Positions 1 to 10,244 are shown, counted from the stretch's first letter. The stretch is 64,000 bases of DNA from Hadesarchaea archaeon (GCA_029259175.1 JAPDJH010000018.1:1-64000); one strand, 5' to 3'. Program-made: numbers and translations. The notes: generated from the letters alone by a model not told the origin.

Positions 1-2
1 TC

Positions 3-1289
3 AAACGCGCTCTGGTCGAACCGACTCGAACTTGCCGTTCTCTGGCGGACTGTGTCCGAAAAGCCGTGGCATTTCACCACGCTGGACTTCACCACGAGCA
101 GCGCAAAACCGTTGAGGACGGCTTCAGACAGAACTTGATCAAAGTGATATGCGCGACTCCCACTCTAGCAGCGGGTGTGAATCTGCCCGCACGTCGTGTA
201 ATCATCCGCGATTACCGCCGTTATGTAGAATCGTACGGCTCAGTTCCGATTCCCGTGCTCGAGTTTCACCAGTTCTGTGGAAGGGCGGGACGACCCCAGT
301 ACGACCCCTACGGCGAAGCTGTGCTGATCGCCAAGAGCCGAGGAGAAGTGGATTTCCTGTTCGAAGAGTTCATCCATGCCCCGCCCGAGCGCATCTTCTC
401 AAAACTCGCAACGGAACCGGCCCTGCGCACCCACGTGCTGGCATCGATCGCTGCCGAGTACGTTTCTGACGAAGACTCTCTGATGAGATTCATGGACAGC
501 ACGTTTTTCGCATACCAGTTCGGCGGCCGGCGCGTGAAACACGTGGTGGAGCGCGTTCTGGATTTCCTCGAAAAGGAAAAACTAATCCGGCGTGAAGAGA
601 GCGTGCTGATCCCCACCGAGTTCGGCCTTAAAGTCTCTAGCCTTTACATCGACCCTCTCTCCGGGGTCCTTATTCGCGATGGTCTGCTAAACATCACCAA
701 ATCCGAACCTACTCCCCTAGCCCTGCTCCACCTCATCTGCACCACACCAGACATGCCTTTGCTCCACCTGCGGGAGAGGGACTACGAGTGGCTTGAAAGC
801 GAGTTCTGGGATCACCACTCGGAGCTCCTAATCCCCTTGCCAAGTCCGGAGAGCGAGCCCGAAAAATTCGAACAGTTGCTCTCCGAGCTGAAAACAGTCT
901 TCTTGCTCCAAGCGTGGATCGACGAACAACGCGAGGAGCGCATCCACCAAGATTTTGGGGTGGGTGCTGGAGACATCCGAAGACTCGCCGAAACTGCCGA
1001 GTGGCTGCTATACTCCGCCCACGAGCTCGCACGTCTCTTCAAAGTAAGACGAGCACTGACTCCCCTCCGCAAGTTGCAAACACGTGTTCGCCATGGTGTG
1101 CGAGAGGAGCTCTTAGAGCTAGTCTCGTTGCGCGGCGTCGGCCGCGTCCGCGCGAGACAACTCTTCAACGCTGGCTACAAACGACTTCGCGATCTGAAGA
1201 CCGCCACCGAACAAGAGCTCTCCAAAATCCCCCACGTCGGAAGAGAAATCGCCCGCAGCATCTTAGAGCAAATCAAAACCCTCACTTGA
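3..1289 (+). CDS. hel308: Ski2-like DNA helicase Hel308/Hjm, 5'-truncated by the window edge
   Basis: AFHHAGL, TPTLAAGVNLPARRV and GRAGRP helicase motifs; C-terminal HhH (GVGRVRARQLFNAG); frame open back to base 3. Confidence 0.93.
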   Translation, partial: KRALVEPTRTCRSLADCVRKAVAFHHAGLHHEQRKTVEDGFRQNLIKVICATPTLAAGVNLPARRVIIRDYRRYVESYGSVPIPVLEFHQFCGRAGRPQYDPYGEAVLIAKSRGEVDFLFEEFIHAPPERIFSKLATEPALRTHVLASIAAEYVSDEDSLMRFMDSTFFAYQFGGRRVKHVVERVLDFLEKEKLIRREESVLIPTEFGLKVSSLYIDPLSGVLIRDGLLNITKSEPTPLALLHLICTTPDMPLLHLRERDYEWLESEFWDHHSELLIPLPSPESEPEKFEQLLSELKTVFLLQAWIDEQREERIHQDFGVGAGDIRRLAETAEWLLYSAHELARLFKVRRALTPLRKLQTRVRHGVREELLELVSLRGVGRVRARQLFNAGYKRLRDLKTATEQELSKIPHVGREIARSILEQIKTLT

Positions 1290-2070
1290 GCACGATTCCT
1301 CGCGACGCCAGATGCCGCACTATCGCCTCGTGTACTTCTGAGACCTTAAACGGCCTCCACCGCAGATTGGTCGCACAAATCCCCCACGGCGCGTGGTGCC
1401 CGGTATCGCGATTCACCCGCTTCGACGGCTCCCATGTCCACATGTGCGCAAGCGAAGTATCGATATCCGTGAATCCGTGATCGCTCACCACCAGCACATC
1501 GTCGTGTTCTCCGATGTGTTTTAGCAAATGGCGCGCAACATTGTCGTAGAAATCCAAGAACCCATCGGCCCCCCAGTTGTGATGCTGGAAGTGATCCGAG
1601 CCGGTAAACACCGAAATAAAAACATCGTAGTCGATAGGGCTGTTCAACAACTTTCCCACATAGCCGCTCCACTCTTCTAACTCGGGGACAACACGGTCTG
1701 TGGGGACTAGACCCTCACACCTCCAACTCAGCGGCGGTACTAAAGCCGGCACGTGCCATACCAAGAATTTCGCGCCGCTTCGCTCCCACACAAACGTGGC
1801 CTTCACATCTTCCCTGCGCATAAAGCGTCCGTCGATCCCCTCTTTATACCCCCAAATGCCGTGCTCATCGGGGAGCTTTCCTGTAAACATGGTGGTCCAC
1901 AACATGGCCGAATCGAACTTCCACGGCCGGTGTTTGTTCTCCACGTCCGTCCACAATAGGGTCAGCTGAAATCTGTCGGTGAGCCGCTTCCAGTACCGAA
2001 GAACGTCCAGATTTTTCTTGATTTCAAAGTAGCTTATCCCGTCCAACCCGAAGATCTTGAATTTTCCCAT
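1282..2070 (-). CDS. Alkaline phosphatase / nucleotide pyrophosphatase-phosphodiesterase superfamily protein
   Basis: GLDG, WTTMFTGKLPDEHGI, DHFQH and VVSDHGF metal-binding motifs. Confidence 0.8.
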   Translation of the reverse strand: MGKFKIFGLDGISYFEIKKNLDVLRYWKRLTDRFQLTLLWTDVENKHRPWKFDSAMLWTTMFTGKLPDEHGIWGYKEGIDGRFMRREDVKATFVWERSGAKFLVWHVPALVPPLSWRCEGLVPTDRVVPELEEWSGYVGKLLNSPIDYDVFISVFTGSDHFQHHNWGADGFLDFYDNVARHLLKHIGEHDDVLVVSDHGFTDIDTSLAHMWTWEPSKRVNRDTGHHAPWGICATNLRWRPFKVSEVHEAIVRHLASRGIVLK

Positions 2071-2225
2071 TCAATCATCTCTCTGCTCTCAGCCCCCACA
2101 TAAAATGGTTTTGGAGCAAATCTCGTCAAGAACGCGTAAGAAGACTGGGCCAAAAACCGGGCTTTATTGCCGCTTAGATCGTGCCAAAGAACCCGCGCTA
2201 AAGCTTTATTTCATCGCAAAAGAAG

Positions 2226-3587
2226 GTGGAGAGGGTTAAAGTGCCAGTTCATCCCGTGGAATACCGATATGGAAGTCCAGAAATGCGAGCCATTTTTGAT
2301 CTGACCAATCGATACCAGAAAATGCTCGAAGTGGAAGCCGCCCTCGCCAAGGCGCAGGCAAAGCTCCGCATGATACCTGCAACAGACGCGCGCAAAATTG
2401 CTGAAGCAGCCTCAATCAAAAAAGTGCGCCCCGAACGAATCGCGGAACTCGAACGCGAAACACACCACGAAACTATGGCGGTGGTTCTCGCTCTGGCCGA
2501 AGCTGCTGGAAAATCCGGCCGCTTTGTCCACTTCGGAGCCACCAGCAACGACATCTTAGACACCGCGACCGCGCTCCAGGTTAAAGAGGCCCTCCAACTG
2601 GTAGAAACCCGAATCAAAGAAATAATGAAAGAGCTGATACGCCTGGCACGCCGCCACCGGAGAACCATCATGGTCGGTAGAACCCACGGACAACACGCCG
2701 TGCCCATAACCTTGGGCCTCAAGTTCTCCGTATGGATATGTGAGCTCGGAAGACATCTCGAACGGCTCCAACAAATTAGGCCGCGAGTACTCGTCGGAAA
2801 GATGAGCGGAGCGGTTGGCACCGGAGCGGCTTGGGGCAAAAAGGCCGCAGCCCTCCAAGCAACTGTGATGCGGCTGTTGGAGCTCCATCCGCCGGACGCG
2901 ACCACCCAGATACTCCAGCGCGACCGTTTTGCCGAACTCATCTCCTTCATCGCGCTCGTCGCAAGCACGTTCGACAAAATCGCGAGAGAAATCCGCAATC
3001 TCCAGAGGACGGAGATCGAGGAACTAGCCGAGCCTTTCGCCGAAAAACAAGTTGGAAGCAGCACCATGCCGCACAAGCGCAACCCCATCCGCTGCGAAAA
3101 GATCTGTGGTCTAGCCCGCGTGCTCCGCTCCCAAGTCGCTGCAGCACTGGAGAACGTCGTGTTGGAGCACGAACGAGACCTGACCAACTCCTCATGCGAA
3201 AGAGTTCTCTTGCCGCAAAGCTTTCTGCTCTTGGATGAAATCCTACGAACTGCACACTTCGTCATCAAGAATCTGCGGATATTCCCCGAGCGCATATCGC
3301 GCAACCTACAGCTCACGCGTGGCCTCCACATGGCGGAAGCCGTAATGATCGAGTTGGCTCGCCGCGGAATGAACCGTCAGGAAGCACACAAACTTCTCCG
3401 CAGGTGTAGCTCAAAGGCCGTGCTTGAGCACCTGCCGCTTGCCGACATTCTGAAAGCCGAGCCAGAAATCACCAAGTACCTGTCGCCCAAAGAGATCGAT
3501 GCGCTTCTCGACCCCTACCGCTATCTCGGCGTCGCCCCAGCTATTGTCGACCGCGTAACGTCAAAATTTTCCTCAATGCTTGAGTGA
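2226..3587 (+). CDS. purB: Adenylosuccinate lyase
   Basis: HFGATSNDI, GRTHGQHA and GSSTMPHKRNP fumarate-lyase signature. Confidence 0.96.
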   Translation: MERVKVPVHPVEYRYGSPEMRAIFDLTNRYQKMLEVEAALAKAQAKLRMIPATDARKIAEAASIKKVRPERIAELERETHHETMAVVLALAEAAGKSGRFVHFGATSNDILDTATALQVKEALQLVETRIKEIMKELIRLARRHRRTIMVGRTHGQHAVPITLGLKFSVWICELGRHLERLQQIRPRVLVGKMSGAVGTGAAWGKKAAALQATVMRLLELHPPDATTQILQRDRFAELISFIALVASTFDKIAREIRNLQRTEIEELAEPFAEKQVGSSTMPHKRNPIRCEKICGLARVLRSQVAAALENVVLEHERDLTNSSCERVLLPQSFLLLDEILRTAHFVIKNLRIFPERISRNLQLTRGLHMAEAVMIELARRGMNRQEAHKLLRRCSSKAVLEHLPLADILKAEPEITKYLSPKEIDALLDPYRYLGVAPAIVDRVTSKFSSMLE

Positions 3588-4074
3588 CTTGATTGAACAG
3601 ACAGCGAAAATCTTCACGCACATCTGGAGGAATGGGATTTCTGCCTAACCCGTACTCGTCTAGATAGTAGTACTTTCCTCCCTTTTTTCCGAAATTCGAG
3701 GGCTTGAGATCCAAAACGTAACCGTGCTGCGCGGCCCTCTCCACCAGCCGCAGTATTCCGTATATGTCTTCAATTCTAATCCTGCGAATCGGAGGAACAT
3801 ACTCGTGGAACGAAACCACGACCGGAGACCATCCATCCTCGCACTTCTTCGCGCTCACAACCACTCCGTAAAACTTGGGAAGAAATTTCAGTTCTCCTCC
3901 TGCTGAACGGAAATGCTCAAATTTGGCCAAGGCCCTTTCCCTCACTTCCCCTGCTTTCCTTCCCGCGCGATCGACCTTGATTGCAAACCGTTCGTACCGA
4001 TAAGTCTCCCTGTACAGTCCCCTCCCTATGGGTCTGGCCCTCCCCCTCAAACACGCTAGCTCACATTCCTCCAT
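3541..4074 (-). CDS. Small protein-kinase-like protein
   Basis: IGRGLYRETY (Gly loop), FAIK, DLKPSNFG catalytic loop, YYLDEYG; overlaps the rad50 stop. Confidence 0.6.
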   Translation of the reverse strand: MEECELACLRGRARPIGRGLYRETYRYERFAIKVDRAGRKAGEVRERALAKFEHFRSAGGELKFLPKFYGVVVSAKKCEDGWSPVVVSFHEYVPPIRRIRIEDIYGILRLVERAAQHGYVLDLKPSNFGKKGGKYYYLDEYGLGRNPIPPDVREDFRCLFNQVTQALRKILTLRGRQ

Positions 4075-6457
4075 ACAAATCGCTCGTGACCAGCTCGTAA
4101 CGTGTAGGCTCGTTCTTACCCTTCTCCCGGTAAAACTTGTAGAGGAAACCGCTGACCGCCTCCTCCAGCTTCTCGTTATGAGTTATGAGGAGCACCTGAC
4201 GGACTATCTGGGGCAAGCGCTCCCGCAGCACGCGGGCCAACTCTTCCACCCCTCTCGCGTCCAGATTGTGAGTGGGCTCATCGAAAACGATCCACCGCAG
4301 ACTGGGCGCCAGCACCATGGAAAACGCCACCCGAAGTGCAAGGCAAGCTGTGCTTCGTTCGCCACCGCTGACCCCGCCATCCACCGGCCTCCACTTCCCA
4401 GTCAAGTCACGCAACTGCAGCACATAGTCATTTGCCTCCTCATCAACCACCAGCCTGATCCCGGTGAAATCACCATACGGATAGAGATCCCGCCATATAT
4501 CGTTCATCACCTCGTTCACGCTGTCCAAGAAATACTTCCGCAACTCGACCTGAACACGACTCGTCGCCTGCTGCAAAGCGCTCATCAGCTGTGAAAAATC
4601 ACGAAGCGCTTTAACTTCTCGTTCTAATCGCTGGATGAGCTGCTGTTTTTTCTTTACCTCCTCCAGCCGCTTTCGTTTCTCTTCGGCCAGCTCTCTCTTC
4701 TTCTTAGCCAGCTCTTGTGTCCGCGCGTGAGCGTCCGAAAGCTCTTGGACCCGTTGCTCCAGCTCCCTCAGCTTGTTCAAATCAAAATCTTTCTCCAAAA
4801 CCGCTAGCTTCTCCGAAACTCGGGCGAATTCATCTCTGAATTCACGCAGCCGCTCCATGTTTTGCTCCAGCTTCTCCTTGGCTCTCTTTCTTTCCTCCAG
4901 CTCTCTCAATTCCTTCTCTATCCGCTCCAACTCCTCTCTAGACGAACTCAGTAGCTTATCAATGCTCGTCTTTTCTTTCTCGATTTCCTCCAGCTTCTTC
5001 ATTTTTTCTTGAAGCTCCTTCTCGTTCTTCACCAACTGCTCCCGCAGCACCGGGAGCTGCTCGAGCTCTTTCTGTCGCACCAGACTTTGCTTCCATTCCC
5101 TCTCCGCTTCCCGTATCCGTTTCTCCAGTTTTTCCTTCTCCTGTGTCAGCTCTCGGACTTTGAGTTTCAACTCATCGATCGTCTTTCGTCGCTTCTCCAA
5201 CAGCTGGGCTTTTCTCTGCTCATCCAAAGGGGACTCGCACACTGGGCACTGAGCCCCCGCCCCTTGCAGCTCCTCTACTGCCCTCTCCAGCTCGCGGATC
5301 TGTGACCGCGCAACAACCGCGTCATCCGCAATCCGTCGTTCGTCCTCTTTCAATTGTTTTAATTCCTCTTCGAGCTTCGCCAGAGGGCGCTTCTCGAACT
5401 CCTCTTTCAACCGCTCCTTCTCCTCGATCTGAGCCTGAAGTTCCGTGTTTTTTCGTTGCAGCGTTTTGATCTCGCTGTCGAGACGCCCCAGCTCGCCCTC
5501 CAAACGACTTCTCTTCCTCTCCAACTCGCCCGTTTCTTCTTTTTTCCGACTGTGCGCAACCGTCCATTCATCCAGTTTTTCTTTCAGAGCAGGCAAGGAG
5601 AGATCCACATATTCGCCCAGCTCTTTCCGGAGCGACTCGACTTGCTTTTCCAGCTCTCGCGTGGTGGCTTGTACCGCCATCAGGCCGGAGCGCAAGTCGC
5701 TTATTTGCTTTTCGAGTTCCTTCATTTGTGCGAGATTTTTCTTTGTGGACTGAAGTTGTCCATAGTACTGCTGTGCTCGCTCTTGCTCGATCTCCGCTTG
5801 TTCGAGCAAACTCCTGATCTCTTCCTCGAGAGCCCTCATCTGCGCTAGAGAGGGGTCCTGCTTCATTATCCTCAACTCGCGATCCTTTTCTCCAGCCATG
5901 CCCTGCAACCGGTTCGCCACAGTTCCCATGTTCTTCCTAGCTTTTTCGTAGCGCCTTATTCCCAGCAGTTCGTCGATGCTTTCCCGCCGCTTCCCTTTTT
6001 TTATCTCCAAGAAGAGATCCAGCTGGTTCTGCTCAGAGTATATGGCTCTCTCGTACACGTCGTAAGTGATCTTCAGGAGCTCACAAACGTGTTCGGTCAC
6101 GCGTTCACTGCCGTTCTCGATGAGCGAGCCGTCCGCCTTACGCAGCTCGGCGAGCACCGTGCCTCTTCCGCGCTCGATCCGTCTTTTGACCACATAGTCC
6201 TCCTCCTCGGGCGTCCGGAAGGTCACTTCGACCTCAGCGTGCTGTTCCGGCTGCGGCACCGCCATTATCAAGTCCTCGAGCTTGAACTTCCGGTTCTTTA
6301 TCCCTGGTAGCGTCCCGAAGAGAGCGTATGCTATCGCGTCCAAAACCGAACTTTTCCCAGAACCCATGCTGCCGATTAAAACGTTTGTTCCATCGCCAAA
6401 CTTCAAAACCGTCTCTCTGTGCGACTTCCAGTTCTTCAATTTCACCTCTATAATCAC
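4061..6457 (-). CDS. rad50: DNA double-strand break repair ATPase Rad50
   Basis: Walker A GSMGSGKS, long coiled coil, CPVC zinc hook, SGGE signature, FDEPT, ITH. Confidence 0.95.
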   Translation of the reverse strand: MIIEVKLKNWKSHRETVLKFGDGTNVLIGSMGSGKSSVLDAIAYALFGTLPGIKNRKFKLEDLIMAVPQPEQHAEVEVTFRTPEEEDYVVKRRIERGRGTVLAELRKADGSLIENGSERVTEHVCELLKITYDVYERAIYSEQNQLDLFLEIKKGKRRESIDELLGIRRYEKARKNMGTVANRLQGMAGEKDRELRIMKQDPSLAQMRALEEEIRSLLEQAEIEQERAQQYYGQLQSTKKNLAQMKELEKQISDLRSGLMAVQATTRELEKQVESLRKELGEYVDLSLPALKEKLDEWTVAHSRKKEETGELERKRSRLEGELGRLDSEIKTLQRKNTELQAQIEEKERLKEEFEKRPLAKLEEELKQLKEDERRIADDAVVARSQIRELERAVEELQGAGAQCPVCESPLDEQRKAQLLEKRRKTIDELKLKVRELTQEKEKLEKRIREAEREWKQSLVRQKELEQLPVLREQLVKNEKELQEKMKKLEEIEKEKTSIDKLLSSSREELERIEKELRELEERKRAKEKLEQNMERLREFRDEFARVSEKLAVLEKDFDLNKLRELEQRVQELSDAHARTQELAKKKRELAEEKRKRLEEVKKKQQLIQRLEREVKALRDFSQLMSALQQATSRVQVELRKYFLDSVNEVMNDIWRDLYPYGDFTGIRLVVDEEANDYVLQLRDLTGKWRPVDGGVSGGERSTACLALRVAFSMVLAPSLRWIVFDEPTHNLDARGVEELARVLRERLPQIVRQVLLITHNEKLEEAVSGFLYKFYREKGKNEPTRYELVTSDLYGGM

Positions 6458-7755
6458 CGCGTGTTCACCTCGCTCATTTTTTCGACCAATGACATCAGCT
6501 TCTTAACAGCATCCTCCACTCGATCCTCGGCCAACAGACCAAAAAGATCTCGAACGCTGACAAGTTCTATGCCCTGCACATCCTTCACGTATTCCTCCAG
6601 CAGCAACATTCCCTTCTCATCGATGGAGAGCTGTTTCTCTTTGAACTCCCTAAGTGACCGGAGTTTTTCCTCCAATCCGGGAGATACCAGAGCATCCTTG
6701 CTTATGGTCACCAGCGCCTTGTCTCGGAATTCCTCTTCTATCAGGCGCTCGTCAAAATCGGCTCTCGAGATCTCCTTGGCGAGAGTGCCCATCAGCCGGA
6801 TTCGTATGATCGGGATCTTTTCCAAATTCTTCCGATGCCGAAGGAGAAGTTCCTGTATTTTACTGCGCACTTTGGTATACAATTCCTGCAAAGAAGCGTT
6901 CTCCACTTTCATCTCTTCATAAAAGAAATCTCTCGGGCTCTTCAATTCTACAAACGTCCATCTCGGACGCCCACCCGTTTCCACCAAGTAAAACCCCTTG
7001 GGATTTCTTGCCTCGACCTCCAGCAGCTGGGTGCGCTCCGTGCTCCCAGGCATCAAAAGTGGTGCTCCGTGGGCTTCTGTTTCAGCACGATAGTGCACAT
7101 GGCCGTTCAAGTAGAGATCGAATCCAGGGGGCAAATCCCCCACTTTGAGCATGGACTCCTCTTCCGTTTCCTTCGAAAAAACGAACTCCCCAATGGACTG
7201 GTGTAGAGCAAGCACGTTAAACGCCCCCGGCTCCGGCGTCGGATTCCACGTCCTGAGCTGGGCCAACACGTACTTCTCCGGCACGTAGCTGAAACCGTGA
7301 ATTGCGACTCTCTCTCCCGATTTTTCAAAAACAATGCTTCCCGCCTCCAAATAGATGAGTTTTCCTGCCGATTCCAGTGCTTCCACCGGATTCTTCAACC
7401 CGCGCGTTCGTCGCTCGTGATTTCCACAAAGTGCGACCACCGGGGTGCCCTGCAAGGCCAAAGGAGGAATTGTCTCCACCGGTTTGAATTTCGTTTTAAC
7501 TATTTTCAGCCGGTTTGTCCCCTCGGTCTTCGGTATGGAGAAAATCCGGAGGGCGCGATCCCATACTTCTAGTTTTGGAATACGGGTATCAAAGATATCA
7601 CCTAATATAAGAATTAGATCTACATCCATTTCGAGGGCTTTACGAATGGCCTCCTCCGCGTGATCAAACGAATCGTTTTCCCTTGGTGTTCCCCACTTGG
7701 CCCCGAGGTGGAAATCAGCCATTACCGCAATTCTCATTTTTGTCACCGCTACCAT
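6454..7755 (-). CDS. mre11: DNA repair nuclease Mre11
   Basis: DFHLG, GDIFD, GNHE and GHVH phosphoesterase motifs; 4-nt overlap with rad50. Confidence 0.93.
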   Translation of the reverse strand: MVAVTKMRIAVMADFHLGAKWGTPRENDSFDHAEEAIRKALEMDVDLILILGDIFDTRIPKLEVWDRALRIFSIPKTEGTNRLKIVKTKFKPVETIPPLALQGTPVVALCGNHERRTRGLKNPVEALESAGKLIYLEAGSIVFEKSGERVAIHGFSYVPEKYVLAQLRTWNPTPEPGAFNVLALHQSIGEFVFSKETEEESMLKVGDLPPGFDLYLNGHVHYRAETEAHGAPLLMPGSTERTQLLEVEARNPKGFYLVETGGRPRWTFVELKSPRDFFYEEMKVENASLQELYTKVRSKIQELLLRHRKNLEKIPIIRIRLMGTLAKEISRADFDERLIEEEFRDKALVTISKDALVSPGLEEKLRSLREFKEKQLSIDEKGMLLLEEYVKDVQGIELVSVRDLFGLLAEDRVEDAVKKLMSLVEKMSEVNTR

Positions 7756-7812
7756 ACATCTTCTTCAACTCATCTTCTTATAGCTGAAATGAACTTTTTT
7801 AATGGGGATGCC

Positions 7813-9027
7813 ATGCTCTGGACCGAGAAGTACGCGCCCAAGCGCTTATCCGAACTCGTTGGTCAAGACGCTGCCGTGCAGACTATGCGGAAATGGGTAG
7901 AAAGCTGGAAAAAAGGAAAGCCGTCCAAAAAGAGCTTGCTGTTATATGGGCCTCCAGGCACGGGAAAAACAGCTGCCACCAGAGCTCTGGCAAACGAGAC
8001 TGGGTGGCAACTAATAGAGATGAACGCCAGCGACAAGCGAACGATGAGCGCTCTCAGAAAAATAATAGGAGAGGCTTCGAAAACCGGAACGCTGTTGGAG
8101 GGGGTCCAAGGGAAAAAATTACTGGTGCTGGACGAGGCCGACAACATTCACGGACGCGCTGATCACGGCGGCTATCAGGCTTTGAAAGAGATCATCGGCA
8201 CCACTACCAACCCTGTAATTCTAATCGCCAACGACCGGTACTCCATTCCCGCCGAGATCCAAGCCCAATGCGAGCTGGTAAATTTCCGGCGGCTCCGTCC
8301 CGATCAAATCGTCAAACACTTAGAACACATTGCGAAAAACGAAAAAATCAAAGTGGATCGAAAAGCCTTAGAGATCATTGCCCGGCGTTCCGACGGAGAT
8401 ATGCGTTCCGCCATCGAGGACTTTCAGACACACGCTCTTGTGTTTCCACGTTTGACTGCAGAGCAAGTCCTGTTGTTTAAACGCGAACGTGAGAAAAACG
8501 TGTTCGATCTGTTGAGAGGGATCTTGTTCGCCAGCAGCGCCGATGTTGCGCGTTCTGTGCTCTGGTCAGTGGACATAGCTCCCGACGAAGCAATGGCCTG
8601 GATAGTGGAAAACGTGCCAAAAGCCATTAGGGATCCGAAAGCGCTGGCGGCCGTTTACAACACGCTCTCCAGAGCCGACATCTTCTACAGAAGAGCCAAC
8701 GAGCGCCAGATTTACCGGCTCTGGTCCTACATGAGCGATCTCATGAGCGCGGGGGTGGCCGTCAAGAAGGGGAGCGAGGTGAAAGCAGCAAAATTCGAGC
8801 CTCCATCGTACCTGAAGCGATACTACCAAACAGCAAAAACCAGAAGAATGCTAAATTCTGTGGCGAGAAAAATCGCGATGGCGTGCCACACCTCTACTCA
8901 CCGGGTAAAACAGGATATGATCCCTTTGCTTCCAATCTTGATCCAAAACAAGAAACTGCTCGAGAATCTGACCGCTAATCTGGAGTTAAGCGAGGAAGAG
9001 ATCAACTTTCTCTCTTCTCTCCGGTGA
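7813..9027 (+). CDS. rfcL: Replication factor C large subunit
   Basis: WTEKYAP, GPPGTGKT, EMNASD, LDEAD, GDMRSAI; start placed at ATG 7813. Confidence 0.93.
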   Translation: MLWTEKYAPKRLSELVGQDAAVQTMRKWVESWKKGKPSKKSLLLYGPPGTGKTAATRALANETGWQLIEMNASDKRTMSALRKIIGEASKTGTLLEGVQGKKLLVLDEADNIHGRADHGGYQALKEIIGTTTNPVILIANDRYSIPAEIQAQCELVNFRRLRPDQIVKHLEHIAKNEKIKVDRKALEIIARRSDGDMRSAIEDFQTHALVFPRLTAEQVLLFKREREKNVFDLLRGILFASSADVARSVLWSVDIAPDEAMAWIVENVPKAIRDPKALAAVYNTLSRADIFYRRANERQIYRLWSYMSDLMSAGVAVKKGSEVKAAKFEPPSYLKRYYQTAKTRRMLNSVARKIAMACHTSTHRVKQDMIPLLPILIQNKKLLENLTANLELSEEEINFLSSLR

Positions 9028-10109
9028 GCGATGGAATGAGAATCCGGATCTCGAAAAAACTGGAATACGGCAAGCTTGTCACTCCGCTTCCCGACCGTCA
9101 TGTCCCCGTCTACCGCTGGTTTCAAATGAAAGAATCTTTCTCGGGAGCTTTAGTCAAGATGTTGCTGGACTTGTGGGGAAGTCCTGACAAACCGCTCCTC
9201 GACCCGTTTTGCGGGGCTGGCACGACTTTGCTCGCATGCAAAGAAATGGGCGTCAACGGAATCGGATTGGAAACACATCCGTTTTTGTTGTTTGTATCTA
9301 GGGCGAAGACTTGGAACTATGATGTTCCCAGCTTAGAAACGTACTTGTCCAAAGTCCTAGCCTCCCCCACCAAACGCACAAGTGGAGGTGTGCCTCCATT
9401 AGTCAAACGCGTATTTCCCTTGTCGATTCAGCGCGAAATCCTTGCTATGAAGGAACCGATCAACGCCATCCCCAACGAAAAAATTCGGGATTTCCTAAAA
9501 ATGGCGCTGCTCCGGACTGCGGTGCGATGTAGTTGGATGAGAAAAGATGGTGCTGTGATCAAAACAGCTGCCCGAAAAATACCCGATTTCCGACACGCGC
9601 TAGAGTGTCTGGTCGAAGAGATGGTGAGAGATCTCATGAATTTCCCGCAGAATGAATCAGCAATTCAGCTAATCCGTGCCGACGCGCGCCACATCCCCCT
9701 CAAAGACAACAGCGTGGGAGGCGTTATTACTTCTCCACCGTACCTCTTCAAGTCGGAGTATTTGCGCGAATTCGTTGTTGAAGAATGGGTTGCAGAAGTC
9801 GAACACGCCAGCACCCCATCTGTCATCCACACGGAAGATGTCGAAAAGTATTTTTCCGACATGGAACGGGTGCTTAGCGAACTCTATCGGGTCTGTGTCC
9901 CTGGCGCCAAGCTATGTTTTGTCGTCTCCGATGGCGGAACTCGAAAGGGGGTGGTAGAAGTCGGTCCTACCTTGTGTGAGGTAGCTCACAATATCGGATT
10001 CAAAGCGAAGAAGATGGTTATCGTGAACGAGCGCTGGTGTACCACCCCTTCAAGAAAAAAAGTGGGAATTCTGCGCGAATCTCTGCTGTTTTGGGAAAAG
10101 CCCGCATGA
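9024..10109 (+). CDS. Orphan amino-DNA methyltransferase (FxGxG before SPPY; probably N4-cytosine)
   Basis: LDPFCGAGTT and ITSPPY motifs; no adjacent endonuclease gene. Confidence 0.8.
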   Translation: MSDGMRIRISKKLEYGKLVTPLPDRHVPVYRWFQMKESFSGALVKMLLDLWGSPDKPLLDPFCGAGTTLLACKEMGVNGIGLETHPFLLFVSRAKTWNYDVPSLETYLSKVLASPTKRTSGGVPPLVKRVFPLSIQREILAMKEPINAIPNEKIRDFLKMALLRTAVRCSWMRKDGAVIKTAARKIPDFRHALECLVEEMVRDLMNFPQNESAIQLIRADARHIPLKDNSVGGVITSPPYLFKSEYLREFVVEEWVAEVEHASTPSVIHTEDVEKYFSDMERVLSELYRVCVPGAKLCFVVSDGGTRKGVVEVGPTLCEVAHNIGFKAKKMVIVNERWCTTPSRKKVGILRESLLFWEKPA

Positions 10110-10145
10110 CTTAAATTTTCAACACAGAATACACAGATGGATAGG

Positions 10146-10208
10146 ATGGCCAAGCGCAGGAAGAAAACAACTAGGAAGAAGAAAAAATGGAAAAAGAACA
10201 GACGATAG
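10146..10208 (+). CDS. Candidate very small basic peptide MAKRRKKTTRKKKKWKKNRR
   Basis: Translated by hand in the intergenic gap; AT-rich TATA-like ttaaat about 35 nt upstream; below the ORF-track cutoff. Confidence 0.45.
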   Translation: MAKRRKKTTRKKKKWKKNRR

Positions 10209-10244
10209 ATTCAAAAATTTTCTATTCACAAGGTTGCGGATCAC

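Noticed and set aside
2249-3331. 360-aa minus-strand ORF (and similar ORFs at 10453-11265, 30364-31053, 38051-38755, 58414-59169)
   Set aside because: Antisense shadows of well-supported genes.
3541-4074. Calling the kinase ArkI (tRNA kinase partner of KptA)
   Set aside because: It is not linked to kptA and its DLKPSN loop is a generic kinase type; it cannot be assigned without a search.
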